In this document: in pieces, positions 1 to 8,962 of the stretch | Layout: the number at the start of each line of letters is the position of its first letter | How positions within the stretch are numbered: the first letter of the stretch is position 1 | Source of the DNA: Candidatus Poribacteria bacterium | GTDB lineage: Bacteria; Poribacteria; WGA-4E; WGA-3G | Assembly: GCA_965205015.1 (NCBI GenBank) | Contig: OZ242029.1 | Location: forward strand, 5,184,001-5,248,000 | Direction of reading: 5' to 3' | Length of the DNA stretch: 64,000 bases | Notes under the pieces: model-generated | What the model was told of the DNA's origin: nothing | What the model saw: only the letters and a program-made list of their open reading frames with translations | Database searches by the model: none | Position numbers and translations under genes: made by a program

Positions 1-49
1 GTGTTATCATCGTTTCTGGATTTACCCGTTTTGGGTATCTCTTTTTCAT
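1..49 (-). CDS. 5' end of an unknown gene running off the window (MKKRYPKRVNPETMIT...)
   Basis: ATG at 49-47 preceded by a strong SD (TAAGGAGG) on the minus strand; frame open to the window edge. Confidence 0.6.
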   Translation of the reverse strand, partial: MKKRYPKRVNPETMIT

Positions 50-114
50 AAAATACCTCCTTACATGTTTTGTAAAATGCGTTTACAAACAGTTGCTGTA
101 AGGAGGTATTTTAT
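48..114. promoter_or_regulatory. 18-bp perfect inverted repeat covering the SD and start of the minus-strand gene
   Basis: ataaaatacctccttaca (48-65) / tgtaaggaggtattttat (97-114); inner tgttttgtaaa/tttacaaaca extends the stem. Confidence 0.8.
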
Positions 115-210
115 CATAAACCCACTGAGTTTCTCACACTTTTTACAACTAAAACCTTTCACCACAAACCTTCAGAAAAAAATGGGGGTAAGTGACTCGC
201 ATAAAAAAAC

Positions 211-239
211 TTGATTTCAATTTTCATTTTAAGTATAAT
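211..239 (+). promoter_or_regulatory. sigma70-type promoter for fpr
   Basis: TTGATT-17 bp-TATAAT. Confidence 0.65.
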
Positions 240-424
240 AACCGAAGTTGCTACCTTAGGAAACAGTCCTGTTTTCTCCATGTATTCATCCCCAGTGGGG
301 CGACATCTATGTAGAAACGGTGTTTAAACCAAAGAATAAGCCCCAGCGGGGCGACATCTTTCTAAAATAGTACAAAGCATTTACAGAAAATTTCACATGA
401 ACTCGTCCAGTGGCAACTTGGATT
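240..424. mobile_element. MITE-like element containing two REP-like units
   Basis: Imperfect TIR aaccgaagttgctac (240-254) / gtggcaacttggatt (410-424), 12/15 match; direct repeats ccccag(t/c)ggggcgacatct at 290-308 and 341-359. Confidence 0.55.
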
Positions 425-514
425 GTAATATGCTGAAAAAGAATCAATAATCTATTACTTTTCGGCGTGGTTTACGAGTCGAAACCTATCATAGAAAATT
501 TGAAGGGAACAATT

Positions 515-1291
515 ATGGGAAGAAGAAGACGCTCCAGAGCGCAATATTTAAAGGGTGAATTGATTGAACGTGAAGACTTTTCTGAAGATTTAGCCGCGTT
601 CAGATTCCGTGTTGATAAACAGTTGCCGTTCATACCCGGGCAATACGCTACGATCGGTTTTCAGGTTGGCGAAAAGATCGTCCAACGTCCGTATTCGATC
701 GTCTCCTCACCGCACGAGCCGTTTATGGAGGTTTTCGTGGAGTTGGTGCCGGAGGGTGCGACGACTCCCCTGTTTTGGGAACTGAAATTGGGGGACAGCG
801 TGTTTATTCGGGACCGTCTCGTTGGCAGGTTCGTCTTGGACACGGAAAGCGGGATGACACGCCACGTGATGGCGGGAACTGTCACGGGAGCTGCGCCGTA
901 TATTAGTATTGCGCGGACGCAAAAGATTGAGCAGGAACAGGGTAAAGCGAGTCCGCATCAGATTTTAGCGATCGTCGGTGCGAGCCGTTCGTGGGAGCTT
1001 GGGTATTACATGGAGGAACTCAACGAACTCGCCGCGCAGGAAGAGTGGTTCACATTCGTTCCGACGGTGAGTCGTCCGTGGGAGGATCCGGAATGGCAAG
1101 GTGAGAGCGGACGTGCCGAAGATGTGGTTCGGAAGTATGGCGATCAACTCGGTTACGATCACACGAATGCGGTCGTCTATGCGTGTGGACACCCACAGAT
1201 GATCGAGAATGCGAAGGCGATCTGGGCGCGTGCGCGGTTCCCTGAAGAACGGATTAAAGAGGAAAAATTCTTCGTGATTAAAGAAGAGTAG
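515..1291 (+). CDS. fpr: Ferredoxin/flavodoxin-NADP+ reductase
   Basis: PGQY, RPYSIVS FAD motif, ACGHPQM, terminal EEKF; start moved to ATG 515. Confidence 0.85.
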   Translation: MGRRRRSRAQYLKGELIEREDFSEDLAAFRFRVDKQLPFIPGQYATIGFQVGEKIVQRPYSIVSSPHEPFMEVFVELVPEGATTPLFWELKLGDSVFIRDRLVGRFVLDTESGMTRHVMAGTVTGAAPYISIARTQKIEQEQGKASPHQILAIVGASRSWELGYYMEELNELAAQEEWFTFVPTVSRPWEDPEWQGESGRAEDVVRKYGDQLGYDHTNAVVYACGHPQMIENAKAIWARARFPEERIKEEKFFVIKEE

Positions 1292-1401
1292 GTGCCACGT
1301 GAAGCGGCTCGTAATCTAACAGATTGCGCTACAGTCAAACTGCGTAAGTCCTGCTAAAATCAACCTCTTACCGAGAGTTGGATAGTTTCGGAAGATTTTG
1401 T

Positions 1402-1430
1402 TTGATTTCGTGTGTGCTTTGGGGTATAAT
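1402..1430 (+). promoter_or_regulatory. sigma70-type promoter, probably giving a leaderless rpn mRNA
   Basis: TTGATT-17-TATAAT; ATG at 1437, 6 nt after the -10; no SD. Confidence 0.6.
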
Positions 1431-1717
1431 TGCCACATGCCGTATTATGATGAGGTTTTCAAGCATGTTACGGGTAAGTTTCCGTATGAGTTGGCAGCGT
1501 TAGCGTTGAATACGTCGGAGGTTGAAGTCGGGGAGCGCCTCGGTACCGAACACACCACGGTTCAGAGTCATCATAGCGATATGACGTTTCATATCCGCTT
1601 GCCAGATGAAGAGGCGATCCTCCATATAGAAGCGCAAACCGACGACTCTACACATAGACCGATGCCGTTACGGATGTTGGCGTATTCGAGTTTCCTCGCC
1701 CTATATGGGAGGCAATC

Positions 1718-1975
1718 ATGCAAGAATCTCCTTTTTACCAACAAGCGAAGCAACATTGGATTGAACAAGGAATTGAACAAGGAATTGAACAAGGGATTGA
1801 ACAAGGGGCTACACGCGCCACGCGCGAAGCTGTTCTCAAACTCTTGCAGCACCGATTTGGCGAAGTCCCCGAATCCATCACGAACCACATGATCGAACTC
1901 CGTCATATCTCACAGTTGGAAGCGTTCTTTGAAAAGGTGATGCAAGCAGAAACACTTGATGATATTCAATGGTGA
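1718..1975 (+). CDS. RpnS-like / DUF4351-like C-terminal small protein
   Basis: Own SD GGGAGG upstream of ATG 1718; intact 85-aa ORF. Confidence 0.65.
   Translation: MQESPFYQQAKQHWIEQGIEQGIEQGIEQGATRATREAVLKLLQHRFGEVPESITNHMIELRHISQLEAFFEKVMQAETLDDIQW
1760..1807 (+). repeat. 12-bp tandem repeat x4 encoding IEQG
   Basis: attgaacaagg(a/g) repeated four times. Confidence 0.9.
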
Positions 1976-2025
1976 AACAGCGGCACCGCGCGGATATAAT
2001 CAGTTTCGCGTAGTGCCGCTGTTTC
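1974..2025. terminator. Hairpin between convergent genes
   Basis: 13-bp perfect stem gaaacagcggcac/gtgccgctgtttc. Confidence 0.55.
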
Positions 2026-2051
2026 GCGTGGTAAGATGTTATTTCACGAAG

Positions 2052-3836
2052 TTAATTGTTGTTAGTTGTTTGTGATGTTATTTGGTCTATATCCCAAAGA
2101 AGAACGGTGCCATCTTCACTACCGCTAACAAGGGTTCCACTATCCTCGGAGAAGATAAGGGCGGTTATCTTGCGGGTATGCCGTGTATATATGCGGATCT
2201 CCCGGTTTTCCTCTGCTGCGTCAAAATCGAATAACCTAATTTTTCCTATCTTATCCCCAATTGCGAGAAAACGTCCAGTCTGAGAAAATGCTAATGCCGT
2301 AATGGCACTGAACGAACCTCTGTAATCCGATATCTCTCTGCCAGTAGAATCCCAACGTCGGATAGTTCCATTTTCTTCGCCGCTGAAAAGGTGGTTGCCA
2401 TCGGCGAAGAATGTCAATGCCGTAACCGTCCCTTGGGGACCTCTAAATCTGTTTAGCTCCGTGCTGTGCCGAACATCAAATAAATGGATCCTGCCATCTG
2501 CCCCGCCACTGGCAAGTGTGGTGTCTGCTGGTGAGAGTGCGAGTGCGGTGATACCGAGTGTATTCCCTGTCAGTGTTGCTATTAGGTTGTCTTCGTCGGA
2601 TTCGGAAATATTCGATACGAAAATGGTGCCGTCTTGGCTTCCGCCGCTCGCAAGGATTTTGCCATTCTTTGAGAAAGCGACTGCTTGTGCTAATCCTCTA
2701 TGGTCTTGGAGTTTAGAGAGCTGCTTACCTGTGCTGGCATCCCACAACCGAAGTTTGTTATCAAATCCAGTACCGCATGCGAGAATGCGGTTATCTTCTG
2801 TGTATGTCAATGCTTTAATTCCACCGGTATGTCCCGTGAGTGCTAACCGCTCTCGAAAGAGGCGCATGTCCCATAAGCGGACTGTTCCATCTAAACTGCC
2901 ACTGGCGAGAATAGTACCATCTGGCGATAATTCGATAGTTGGAACTATGTCGTTATGCCCTTCAAGGGTAGATGTAAGTTCGCGGGTGTGGGCGTTCCAT
3001 ACTCGAACTTTCTCATCTGCTCCACTGGTGGCGAAGTTGTGTCCATCCGGTGAGAAGTTAACTGCATAGAAGGGTGTGTTATGTTGTGTCGGTTCGGTAA
3101 GCCGACCTCCAGGGGCAACGAGGTCCCATAGTTGAATTGTGCCGTCCAAACTCGCGCTGATAAGAATTCTACTGTCCGGTGAGAAGTCAACTTCCCAGAC
3201 TGCGTCTGTATGTCCGTCAAACTCGTAGATTCGATCTCCGGTTCCAGCATCCCAAACCTGAATTGAACCGTCCTCACTTCCACCAGCTATCATCTGACTA
3301 TCTGACGAGAAGGCGACTGTGTTAATAGTGTCTCTATATGGCAAGATTGAGGTAAGTTCTTCAGTCTGAACATTCCACACTCGAATCGTGTTGTCAGTAC
3401 TGCCGCTGGCAAGCATGCTGCTGTCCGGTGAGAATGTGACAGCGTGGATTTCGCCTCTATGTCCTGTGAAAGTGGATCGTGGTCGACGGTTACCAGTGTT
3501 AACGTCCCATAACCTAACTGTCTGATCCCAGTGTGCTGCTGCGAGTATGGATCCCCTTGGGGAATATGATACGGCGTTAGCACCCCCCATAATTCCCGAT
3601 AATAGAACTTGTTCTTCTCCTGTCCGGACGTTATAAATCCAAACGCCAATAGTAGTTGCTACGGCTAACTGATCGCTGAAAGGAGAAAACTCTATATCAC
3701 GAACCCAACCTTTGCCAAAGCGGGCTTTCGCACCTGGCGGTAATTCCCATTGCGTAGAATTTTGTGCGAAAGTATCGGATAGGAATAGATTCGTGATTAA
3801 TAGGTATACGACGATTGATAAATAAATTTTTTTCAT
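2052..3836 (-). CDS. Secreted WD40-repeat protein (about 13-14 repeats, probably two propellers)
   Basis: Signal peptide MKKIYLSIVV...FA; many GH...FSPD...SGS.D..VRLWD units; SD AAGGAG before ATG 3836. Confidence 0.9.
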   Translation of the reverse strand: MKKIYLSIVVYLLITNLFLSDTFAQNSTQWELPPGAKARFGKGWVRDIEFSPFSDQLAVATTIGVWIYNVRTGEEQVLLSGIMGGANAVSYSPRGSILAAAHWDQTVRLWDVNTGNRRPRSTFTGHRGEIHAVTFSPDSSMLASGSTDNTIRVWNVQTEELTSILPYRDTINTVAFSSDSQMIAGGSEDGSIQVWDAGTGDRIYEFDGHTDAVWEVDFSPDSRILISASLDGTIQLWDLVAPGGRLTEPTQHNTPFYAVNFSPDGHNFATSGADEKVRVWNAHTRELTSTLEGHNDIVPTIELSPDGTILASGSLDGTVRLWDMRLFRERLALTGHTGGIKALTYTEDNRILACGTGFDNKLRLWDASTGKQLSKLQDHRGLAQAVAFSKNGKILASGGSQDGTIFVSNISESDEDNLIATLTGNTLGITALALSPADTTLASGGADGRIHLFDVRHSTELNRFRGPQGTVTALTFFADGNHLFSGEENGTIRRWDSTGREISDYRGSFSAITALAFSQTGRFLAIGDKIGKIRLFDFDAAEENREIRIYTRHTRKITALIFSEDSGTLVSGSEDGTVLLWDIDQITSQTTNNN

Positions 3837-3860
3837 ATAGCTCACTCCTTTTAAGATGAT

Positions 3861-4193
3861 TGGTGCATGGGATAGAGGCTCCATAGGTGTCAATTTAGGA
3901 TTCCTTGTAGGTTGGGTTGAACGCTTCTGTGAGGTCTGATGCAGGCGACACAAATACAGGTCAAATCCAAGGTGTCTCATAGACACCCAAAAGCTGCGTG
4001 AAACCCAACTTCATATAAATATAGGGTGTGTCTTGAGGTGTTGGGTTTCGCTGTGGTATTAGGATGCTGACGCGTCTTGGGAACTTCGATTTTTTTTTCG
4101 AGTATAGGTACTTTGTTTTCATACTTCGCTCAACCCAACCTACGATGCAGCTTTTCCTAAAATTGACGGTTATGGTGTATGGGATAGAGGCTC
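3861..4193. mobile_element. MITE/REP composite flanked by 21-bp direct repeats
   Basis: DR tggtg(c/t)atgggatagaggctc at 3861-3881 and 4173-4193; IR gtcaatttagga/tcctaaaattgac; GTAG-type REP arms gtaggttgggttga (3908) / tcaacccaacctac (to 4143). Confidence 0.7.
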
Positions 4194-4201
4194 GCGTTGG
4201 G

Positions 4202-4408
4202 TTATGAAACGAGATTATTAATGGCATGACGGAGCCATTGGAAAAATCTATTGATGCCTCTCGGAAAACCCTCAGTAATTTCAGAGGATCCCTCCGGTGT
4301 CTCAGTTTGTAATTCCCCCCAACGTTTATGCGCGAGCCTTGAAATTTCCTCAAACGTGCCTTTCTCTTTGAGGTATTCCTCAAACTTGCTGCCATGATAT
4401 TTATTCAT
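4202..4408 (-). CDS. Truncated antitoxin (N-terminus of the XRE/HigA-like type that pairs with Gp49/RelE-like toxins)
   Basis: MNKYHGSKFEEYLKEKG matches the family N-terminus; no HTH visible in the remainder. Confidence 0.55.
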   Translation of the reverse strand: MNKYHGSKFEEYLKEKGTFEEISRLAHKRWGELQTETPEGSSEITEGFPRGINRFFQWLRHAINNLVS

Positions 4409-4571
4409 TATGACACACTCCCACTTCTTGATAGGTCTCTTCGTCTTCGAGCCAAACGTAAATCCTTTCGCGGTGTCCTTCTCGACTCCTTCCTTCTTCG
4501 CCCAAGTTGCTTAGCCATACTCGCACAGGTTCATTGCCTCGAGGGGTGCGAAAAAAAATAACATCAAGCAT
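4409..4571 (-). pseudogene. RelE/Gp49 (DUF891)-like toxin with its centre deleted
   Basis: MLDVIFFRTPRGNEPVRVWLSNLGEEGR, then in another frame KESRRTPRKDLRLARRRRD...stop; both ends typical of the family. Confidence 0.75.
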
Positions 4572-4699
4572 GAAATCCTCGTATAAAAAAAGGAGACGAA
4601 CAGATATTTTCGAGTATAAAGATTATAACACAACCTGGGATACTGAATCAAGGAAGCGGCGGGTCTGCAGGTATGGATACTCCTGATCCTTGATCGGAG

Positions 4700-6592
4700 T
4701 TAGTCAGTTATAAACTCTAAAAGTATGCGTGCAGGTTCATAATTCGGATATATTCTTAAAGCCTCATTGGTGGCTTTTCTCGCACATTCAAATTCGCCAA
4801 GTTCTAAACACGCGAGAGCGAGGTTGAAGTATGCCTCCTTAAACCGTTCATCAATATTTATTGCTTTTTTAAGTGCGTGTATCGCTTCAGTGTATTTTTC
4901 CTGTTTAATATAAACTACTCCTAAGTGGTTGTGTGCTTTTTTAAACTCTGGGTCAATATTTATGGCACTTCTGAATTCAATAATTGCTCTGTTGTATTGT
5001 TCTTCGTCAAAAAAAGTCCAACCGAGGCCGTAGTATCTCTGTTTTATTTTTAACAGAAGTGTGTGAGCGGATTCATAATTTGGATCGAGATTTAGGGCAT
5101 GTCTTGCCATTTCCGTTGCTTCTTCAAGTTCTCCACTTCCAAGATGGACGTAACCTTGGTCGACTAAGGGACCGGGATCTGAAACAGGTGGTGGCGGAGG
5201 GAGCGGAGGGAGTTCTAACTTTGGCATAACTATCTTTTTAATTTCCTGCATACGACTCAGCCATCCACGGTTCTTGACCTCATCACTGTCGGTATATTTC
5301 TCATTGGCTTCCTCTACTGTGTTGATGGCTAACTGACATTTGGATGTGTTACCAGGTGTTTTTGCCCAATCCACATATACTGAACTCAAGTGATAATAGG
5401 CTTCAATTGTGTACTCTCCGCTGCTATAATTTCCAATAAGTCTTTTGAAAGCACTCACCGATTTGTTGAATAGGCTTGAGTTCGTGAGAGCTGCTTCATG
5501 ATAGCAGCGACCCGCCCAATAGAGCGCGTAAACTATATCTTCGGCAGAGAGATTGTTATTGGTAAGCTTTTCATATATCTCGGCTGCCTCCAAGAATCGC
5601 TTTTCCTTCCGAAGAAGTCGGGCCTTTACAAAAAGTTCATCACTGGAACCGTGTTGTCTTTTTGGGTCTGCATATTCAGGGACGAGGTAAGTGCGATGGT
5701 ATGCCTCATGAAGTTCTATTGTTCGTTCTGCGTTGGTCGTGCTATACATGGCTGCTTCGTAGTACTCACGTGCCTTCACGTAATCCTCTGCCTCGAGGTA
5801 AATTTCTGCTTTTCCAATATAGGCATCAGTGATATATTCGCTTTCAGGGCACCGTGCGATAAGATCTGTATAACCTTGGTCTGCATCGTGGACTTTGCCT
5901 TGTCGTTGTAAATTAGAAGCGGCTTCATACATCGATTGGCACGAATCCGGCACAGGTAGGCGGGATTCATTACACAACAGAGTTAGTTCGGCAATGCGTC
6001 GTTCTGCTTCTGCTTTAAGTTCAGAGTGTGGAAATTCAGCAATAAGTTTTTGAAAAGTCTTACATGCTGTGTCATAATTTTGTTGTTCATAGTTAATTGC
6101 CCCAATAACATAAAGGGCATTCGGTGCCCACTGGCTGTTTGGAAATTGTTCTATTAGCCAAGAGAATTTGGAGTTCGCCTGATCGAGTTTCCCGATTTCG
6201 TAGAGGGTTTCTGCCCAAAGATACGTGAGTTCTTCTTGGTGTTTGACAACTTGTGCATCTAACACGACCTCTTCGATATACATGAGCGCGCTTTGATAAT
6301 GTCTCACGTCACTGCTATTCTCAGCGAGTTCATAGTAACATCGCGCGATTCTAAGATTAACGAGGGTGGTGAAGTCCTTGTCGATTTGTTCTGTTTTCGC
6401 ACCGAACTTTTTTGATTCCTTTAGTGCCTCCTTATATTTTACGATCGCGCCTTTATGATCTGAGCGTTCATATAATGCTTCGGCGGCTTCAAAAAGTCGT
6501 TCTACCTTTTGGGCACTTCCTAATACAAGCGGTGATAAGAGGGCAAGGACCAAGGCGACTCCACCGATGATACCCCAAATTCTGGTATTCAT
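4700..6592 (-). CDS. Membrane-anchored or secreted TPR protein (BamD/YbgF-like TPRs)
   Basis: N-terminal hydrophobic segment; repeated TPR motifs; poly-Pro linker. Confidence 0.85.
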   Translation of the reverse strand: MNTRIWGIIGGVALVLALLSPLVLGSAQKVERLFEAAEALYERSDHKGAIVKYKEALKESKKFGAKTEQIDKDFTTLVNLRIARCYYELAENSSDVRHYQSALMYIEEVVLDAQVVKHQEELTYLWAETLYEIGKLDQANSKFSWLIEQFPNSQWAPNALYVIGAINYEQQNYDTACKTFQKLIAEFPHSELKAEAERRIAELTLLCNESRLPVPDSCQSMYEAASNLQRQGKVHDADQGYTDLIARCPESEYITDAYIGKAEIYLEAEDYVKAREYYEAAMYSTTNAERTIELHEAYHRTYLVPEYADPKRQHGSSDELFVKARLLRKEKRFLEAAEIYEKLTNNNLSAEDIVYALYWAGRCYHEAALTNSSLFNKSVSAFKRLIGNYSSGEYTIEAYYHLSSVYVDWAKTPGNTSKCQLAINTVEEANEKYTDSDEVKNRGWLSRMQEIKKIVMPKLELPPLPPPPPVSDPGPLVDQGYVHLGSGELEEATEMARHALNLDPNYESAHTLLLKIKQRYYGLGWTFFDEEQYNRAIIEFRSAINIDPEFKKAHNHLGVVYIKQEKYTEAIHALKKAINIDERFKEAYFNLALACLELGEFECARKATNEALRIYPNYEPARILLEFITD

Positions 6593-6607
6593 TACTATCT
6601 CCTTGTT

Positions 6608-8800
6608 CTACCGTTCTGTGTCAAAAATCCTGAGGAGCAAATTTTGGGTTACTGGTCTCGTTCCATTCTGCGCGAGTAATTTGATTGTTAAGGATACTTC
6701 TTGGGTTCCTGCATTCCTATCTGCTGCAATAGGAATTGTAATCTTTTCTTCGCCGTTTTCGCTTACTTGCGGAATAGGTGCGGGGAGTTCATAGTTTATT
6801 CTGTCTCCAGACTGTGGTTGAAGTTGGATTTTGACATTATGTGCCGTGCCACCGCTGTTTTTGATTGTCAATGTGAGTTTTATTGTTTTACCTGCCAAGA
6901 GATGGGCGCTACTTAAAGATGCATCTATTGAGAGATTTGGAGGCGTAAGAGGGTGATCCGTAGTCCTTGATTCCCTCTTTGATTTTGCTGTTGAATCATC
7001 TCTGCCTCCGTCTGTATTGATAATTTCAAAAATAAAAAAGACAACTATAGCAACGATGCCTAAGACAATGGCATAGGATAGTCCTTTTTTCCAAAATCTC
7101 CGGCGGCGCAGACTTCTTTCAGCAACCTTTATTGCTGTGAGCAGTTCGTGTATCAGTTGGCGATCGGCTTTGAGTCTGGACGCTTCTTCCGCTGACGTTT
7201 TTGCGTCATCAAGTGCACCCATTTCCAGATAAGCGACCCCTAAACCGTAGTGGGCATCTGCAAAGTTCGGATCTGTCTTTATCACTCTTTTGAATGCAGC
7301 AGCGGCTTCGTTATACTGCTTATTATTGAGGAACGCCTCTCCCCGTTCGTAGTATTTTTTTACATCGGATGCGTTTGCGGAAGGAACAGTTGACTGCGTA
7401 GTTTGAGATGGCCTCGCCTGTTTAATATCGTCCAGAAGTTGGCGCGCAGGTTGGGAGTTCGCATCAATCCTTAACGCTGCGTTCACTGCATTTTCTGCGT
7501 CATCGAGTTGTCCCATTTCGAGATAGACTTCGCCTGAACTTGTGTGCGCCGCTACGAAATCTGGATCCAGGTCTACCACTTTTTGGAACTCCGCGAGTGC
7601 CTCCGTATACATTTTCGAGTCTCGGTAAGCGATACCGAGTTCATAGTGCGTTTCCTGTCTCGGTTTTGCAGCGGGTTGTTGCTGTATAGGTTGTTCCGGT
7701 TCTGGAGGCGTAACAACCTGTGTCTCAGAAGGTGTGAAACTCGGATCGATGGCTTCCAGAAGCGAACGTGCGGGTTGATAGTTTGGGTCCAGTTTCAACG
7801 CTTCTCTTGCGGCATCCCGCGCTTTTCCGAGTTCCTGCTGTCCGAGGTAGGCAAGCGCAAGCGAGTGGTACGCAACTTTGTAGCTACCATCTAAGGCGAT
7901 CGTCCTCTCGAGCGCATCTACGGCGCGGGAGTAGGTTTCCATTTTGAGATAGGTTAACCCCAAGTTGTAGTGTGCAGTGGTGAAATCGGGGTCGAGGGTG
8001 GTAGCGTTCTGAAAAGCTGTAACGGCTTCGCTATAGCGTTCATCGTTGAGGTAGGTGATGCCTCTGTTGTAGTGCGCTTGTTTTATCGCGTTTGCGAGTT
8101 CCTGCGCGCGTTGATAATTGGGGTCGAGCCTTAAGGTCTCTGTGAGGGCATGTGTTGCGGCTTCCAAATTGCCTAATTCTCGGTGGGCGTGGGCGAGGTG
8201 ATAGTGGGCGCGTTTGAGATTCGGGGCACTCGCTATGGCACGCTCAAGATGTGGTAGTGCTTGGTCGTAGGATCCCTGTTCGACGTAAGCATAGCCGAGG
8301 TTATAGTGTGCATCAACGAGATCGGCATCTAAAGCGATCGCGTTTTGTAGGGCGTTGATCGCCTCCTGATACGCCTTTAGTCTAATGTAAGCGGCACCGA
8401 GGTGTACATAGATATGCTTATTTTCAACATCGGAGACTTGTGAACCGCGCGCCAAGTCTGCATTAAGGGTTAACCCTTTCTGGAATATAGAGGCGGCTTC
8501 AACGTAGCGTTCGGTGTTGAGATATTCTTTGCCTCTGTCGTAGTGTGCTTGTATTAAAGTGTCACACAACAGCAGCGCGGGTTGGTAAGTGGCATCCAGT
8601 TTTAACGCCGCTCTGACTGAGGTGCTGGCTTTCTCTAATTCGTTCTGTTCGAGATACGCGCGGCAGAGCGCGCAGTGTGCACCAATGAAATCCGCATCCA
8701 ACTTTATGGCTGCTTCAAACTCAGGAACGGCTCTGTCGTATTGCCCCGCCTCCAGATAAGCGATACCGAGATTATAGTGTGCCTCTTTTATAGCGTCCAT
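6608..8800 (-). CDS. TPR-repeat protein with one TM helix and a C-terminal Ig/CARDB-like domain
   Basis: Many AHYNLG.AY TPRs; RRRR then hydrophobic stretch; LTLTIKNSGGTAHNV. Confidence 0.85.
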   Translation of the reverse strand: MDAIKEAHYNLGIAYLEAGQYDRAVPEFEAAIKLDADFIGAHCALCRAYLEQNELEKASTSVRAALKLDATYQPALLLCDTLIQAHYDRGKEYLNTERYVEAASIFQKGLTLNADLARGSQVSDVENKHIYVHLGAAYIRLKAYQEAINALQNAIALDADLVDAHYNLGYAYVEQGSYDQALPHLERAIASAPNLKRAHYHLAHAHRELGNLEAATHALTETLRLDPNYQRAQELANAIKQAHYNRGITYLNDERYSEAVTAFQNATTLDPDFTTAHYNLGLTYLKMETYSRAVDALERTIALDGSYKVAYHSLALAYLGQQELGKARDAAREALKLDPNYQPARSLLEAIDPSFTPSETQVVTPPEPEQPIQQQPAAKPRQETHYELGIAYRDSKMYTEALAEFQKVVDLDPDFVAAHTSSGEVYLEMGQLDDAENAVNAALRIDANSQPARQLLDDIKQARPSQTTQSTVPSANASDVKKYYERGEAFLNNKQYNEAAAAFKRVIKTDPNFADAHYGLGVAYLEMGALDDAKTSAEEASRLKADRQLIHELLTAIKVAERSLRRRRFWKKGLSYAIVLGIVAIVVFFIFEIINTDGGRDDSTAKSKRESRTTDHPLTPPNLSIDASLSSAHLLAGKTIKLTLTIKNSGGTAHNVKIQLQPQSGDRINYELPAPIPQVSENGEEKITIPIAADRNAGTQEVSLTIKLLAQNGTRPVTQNLLLRIFDTER

Positions 8801-8962
8801 TTGCTTGAGAAAGAAGAAGGTTGTTTTCAGGTTAATTTTAGTCGTATTTTATCAGATATGCTTTAATGTTGCAAACAAAAATCTTGAGCGCAGTTCAATT
8901 TTGCGGTATAATGGCGTTGTGGTTCTACGGGTAAACGACACGCACCTTGACTGGGGCTCTCT

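Larger units (their letters stand above)
1437..1975 (+). pseudogene. Rpn-family (recombination-promoting nuclease/putative transposase) gene with internal deletion and frameshift
   Basis: N-part YDEVFK...SD...HIEAQT...MPLRMLAY stops matching the family near 1702; C-part EAIMQESPFYQ...GIEQGIEQG...LLQHRFG is in another frame; total length too short for the family. Confidence 0.8.

Noticed and set aside
290-359. Repeat-spacer-repeat resembling a mini-CRISPR
   Set aside because: Only two 19-bp units, no cas genes, and related palindromes are scattered elsewhere; fits a REP-type repeat
1703-1892. Tail of ORF 1398-1892 with LNKE repeats; possible programmed frameshift
   Set aside because: Out-of-frame reading of the IEQG repeats; no slippery site seen and the central domain is missing
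2395-3069. Long antisense ORFs (also 8852-9433, 11086-11799, 59813-60487, 61981-62550)
   Set aside because: Shadows of well-supported genes, with no motifs or RBS
3837-3986. 50-aa N-terminal extension of the WD40 ORF
   Set aside because: Runs through the MITE/REP; SD and signal peptide support the start at 3836
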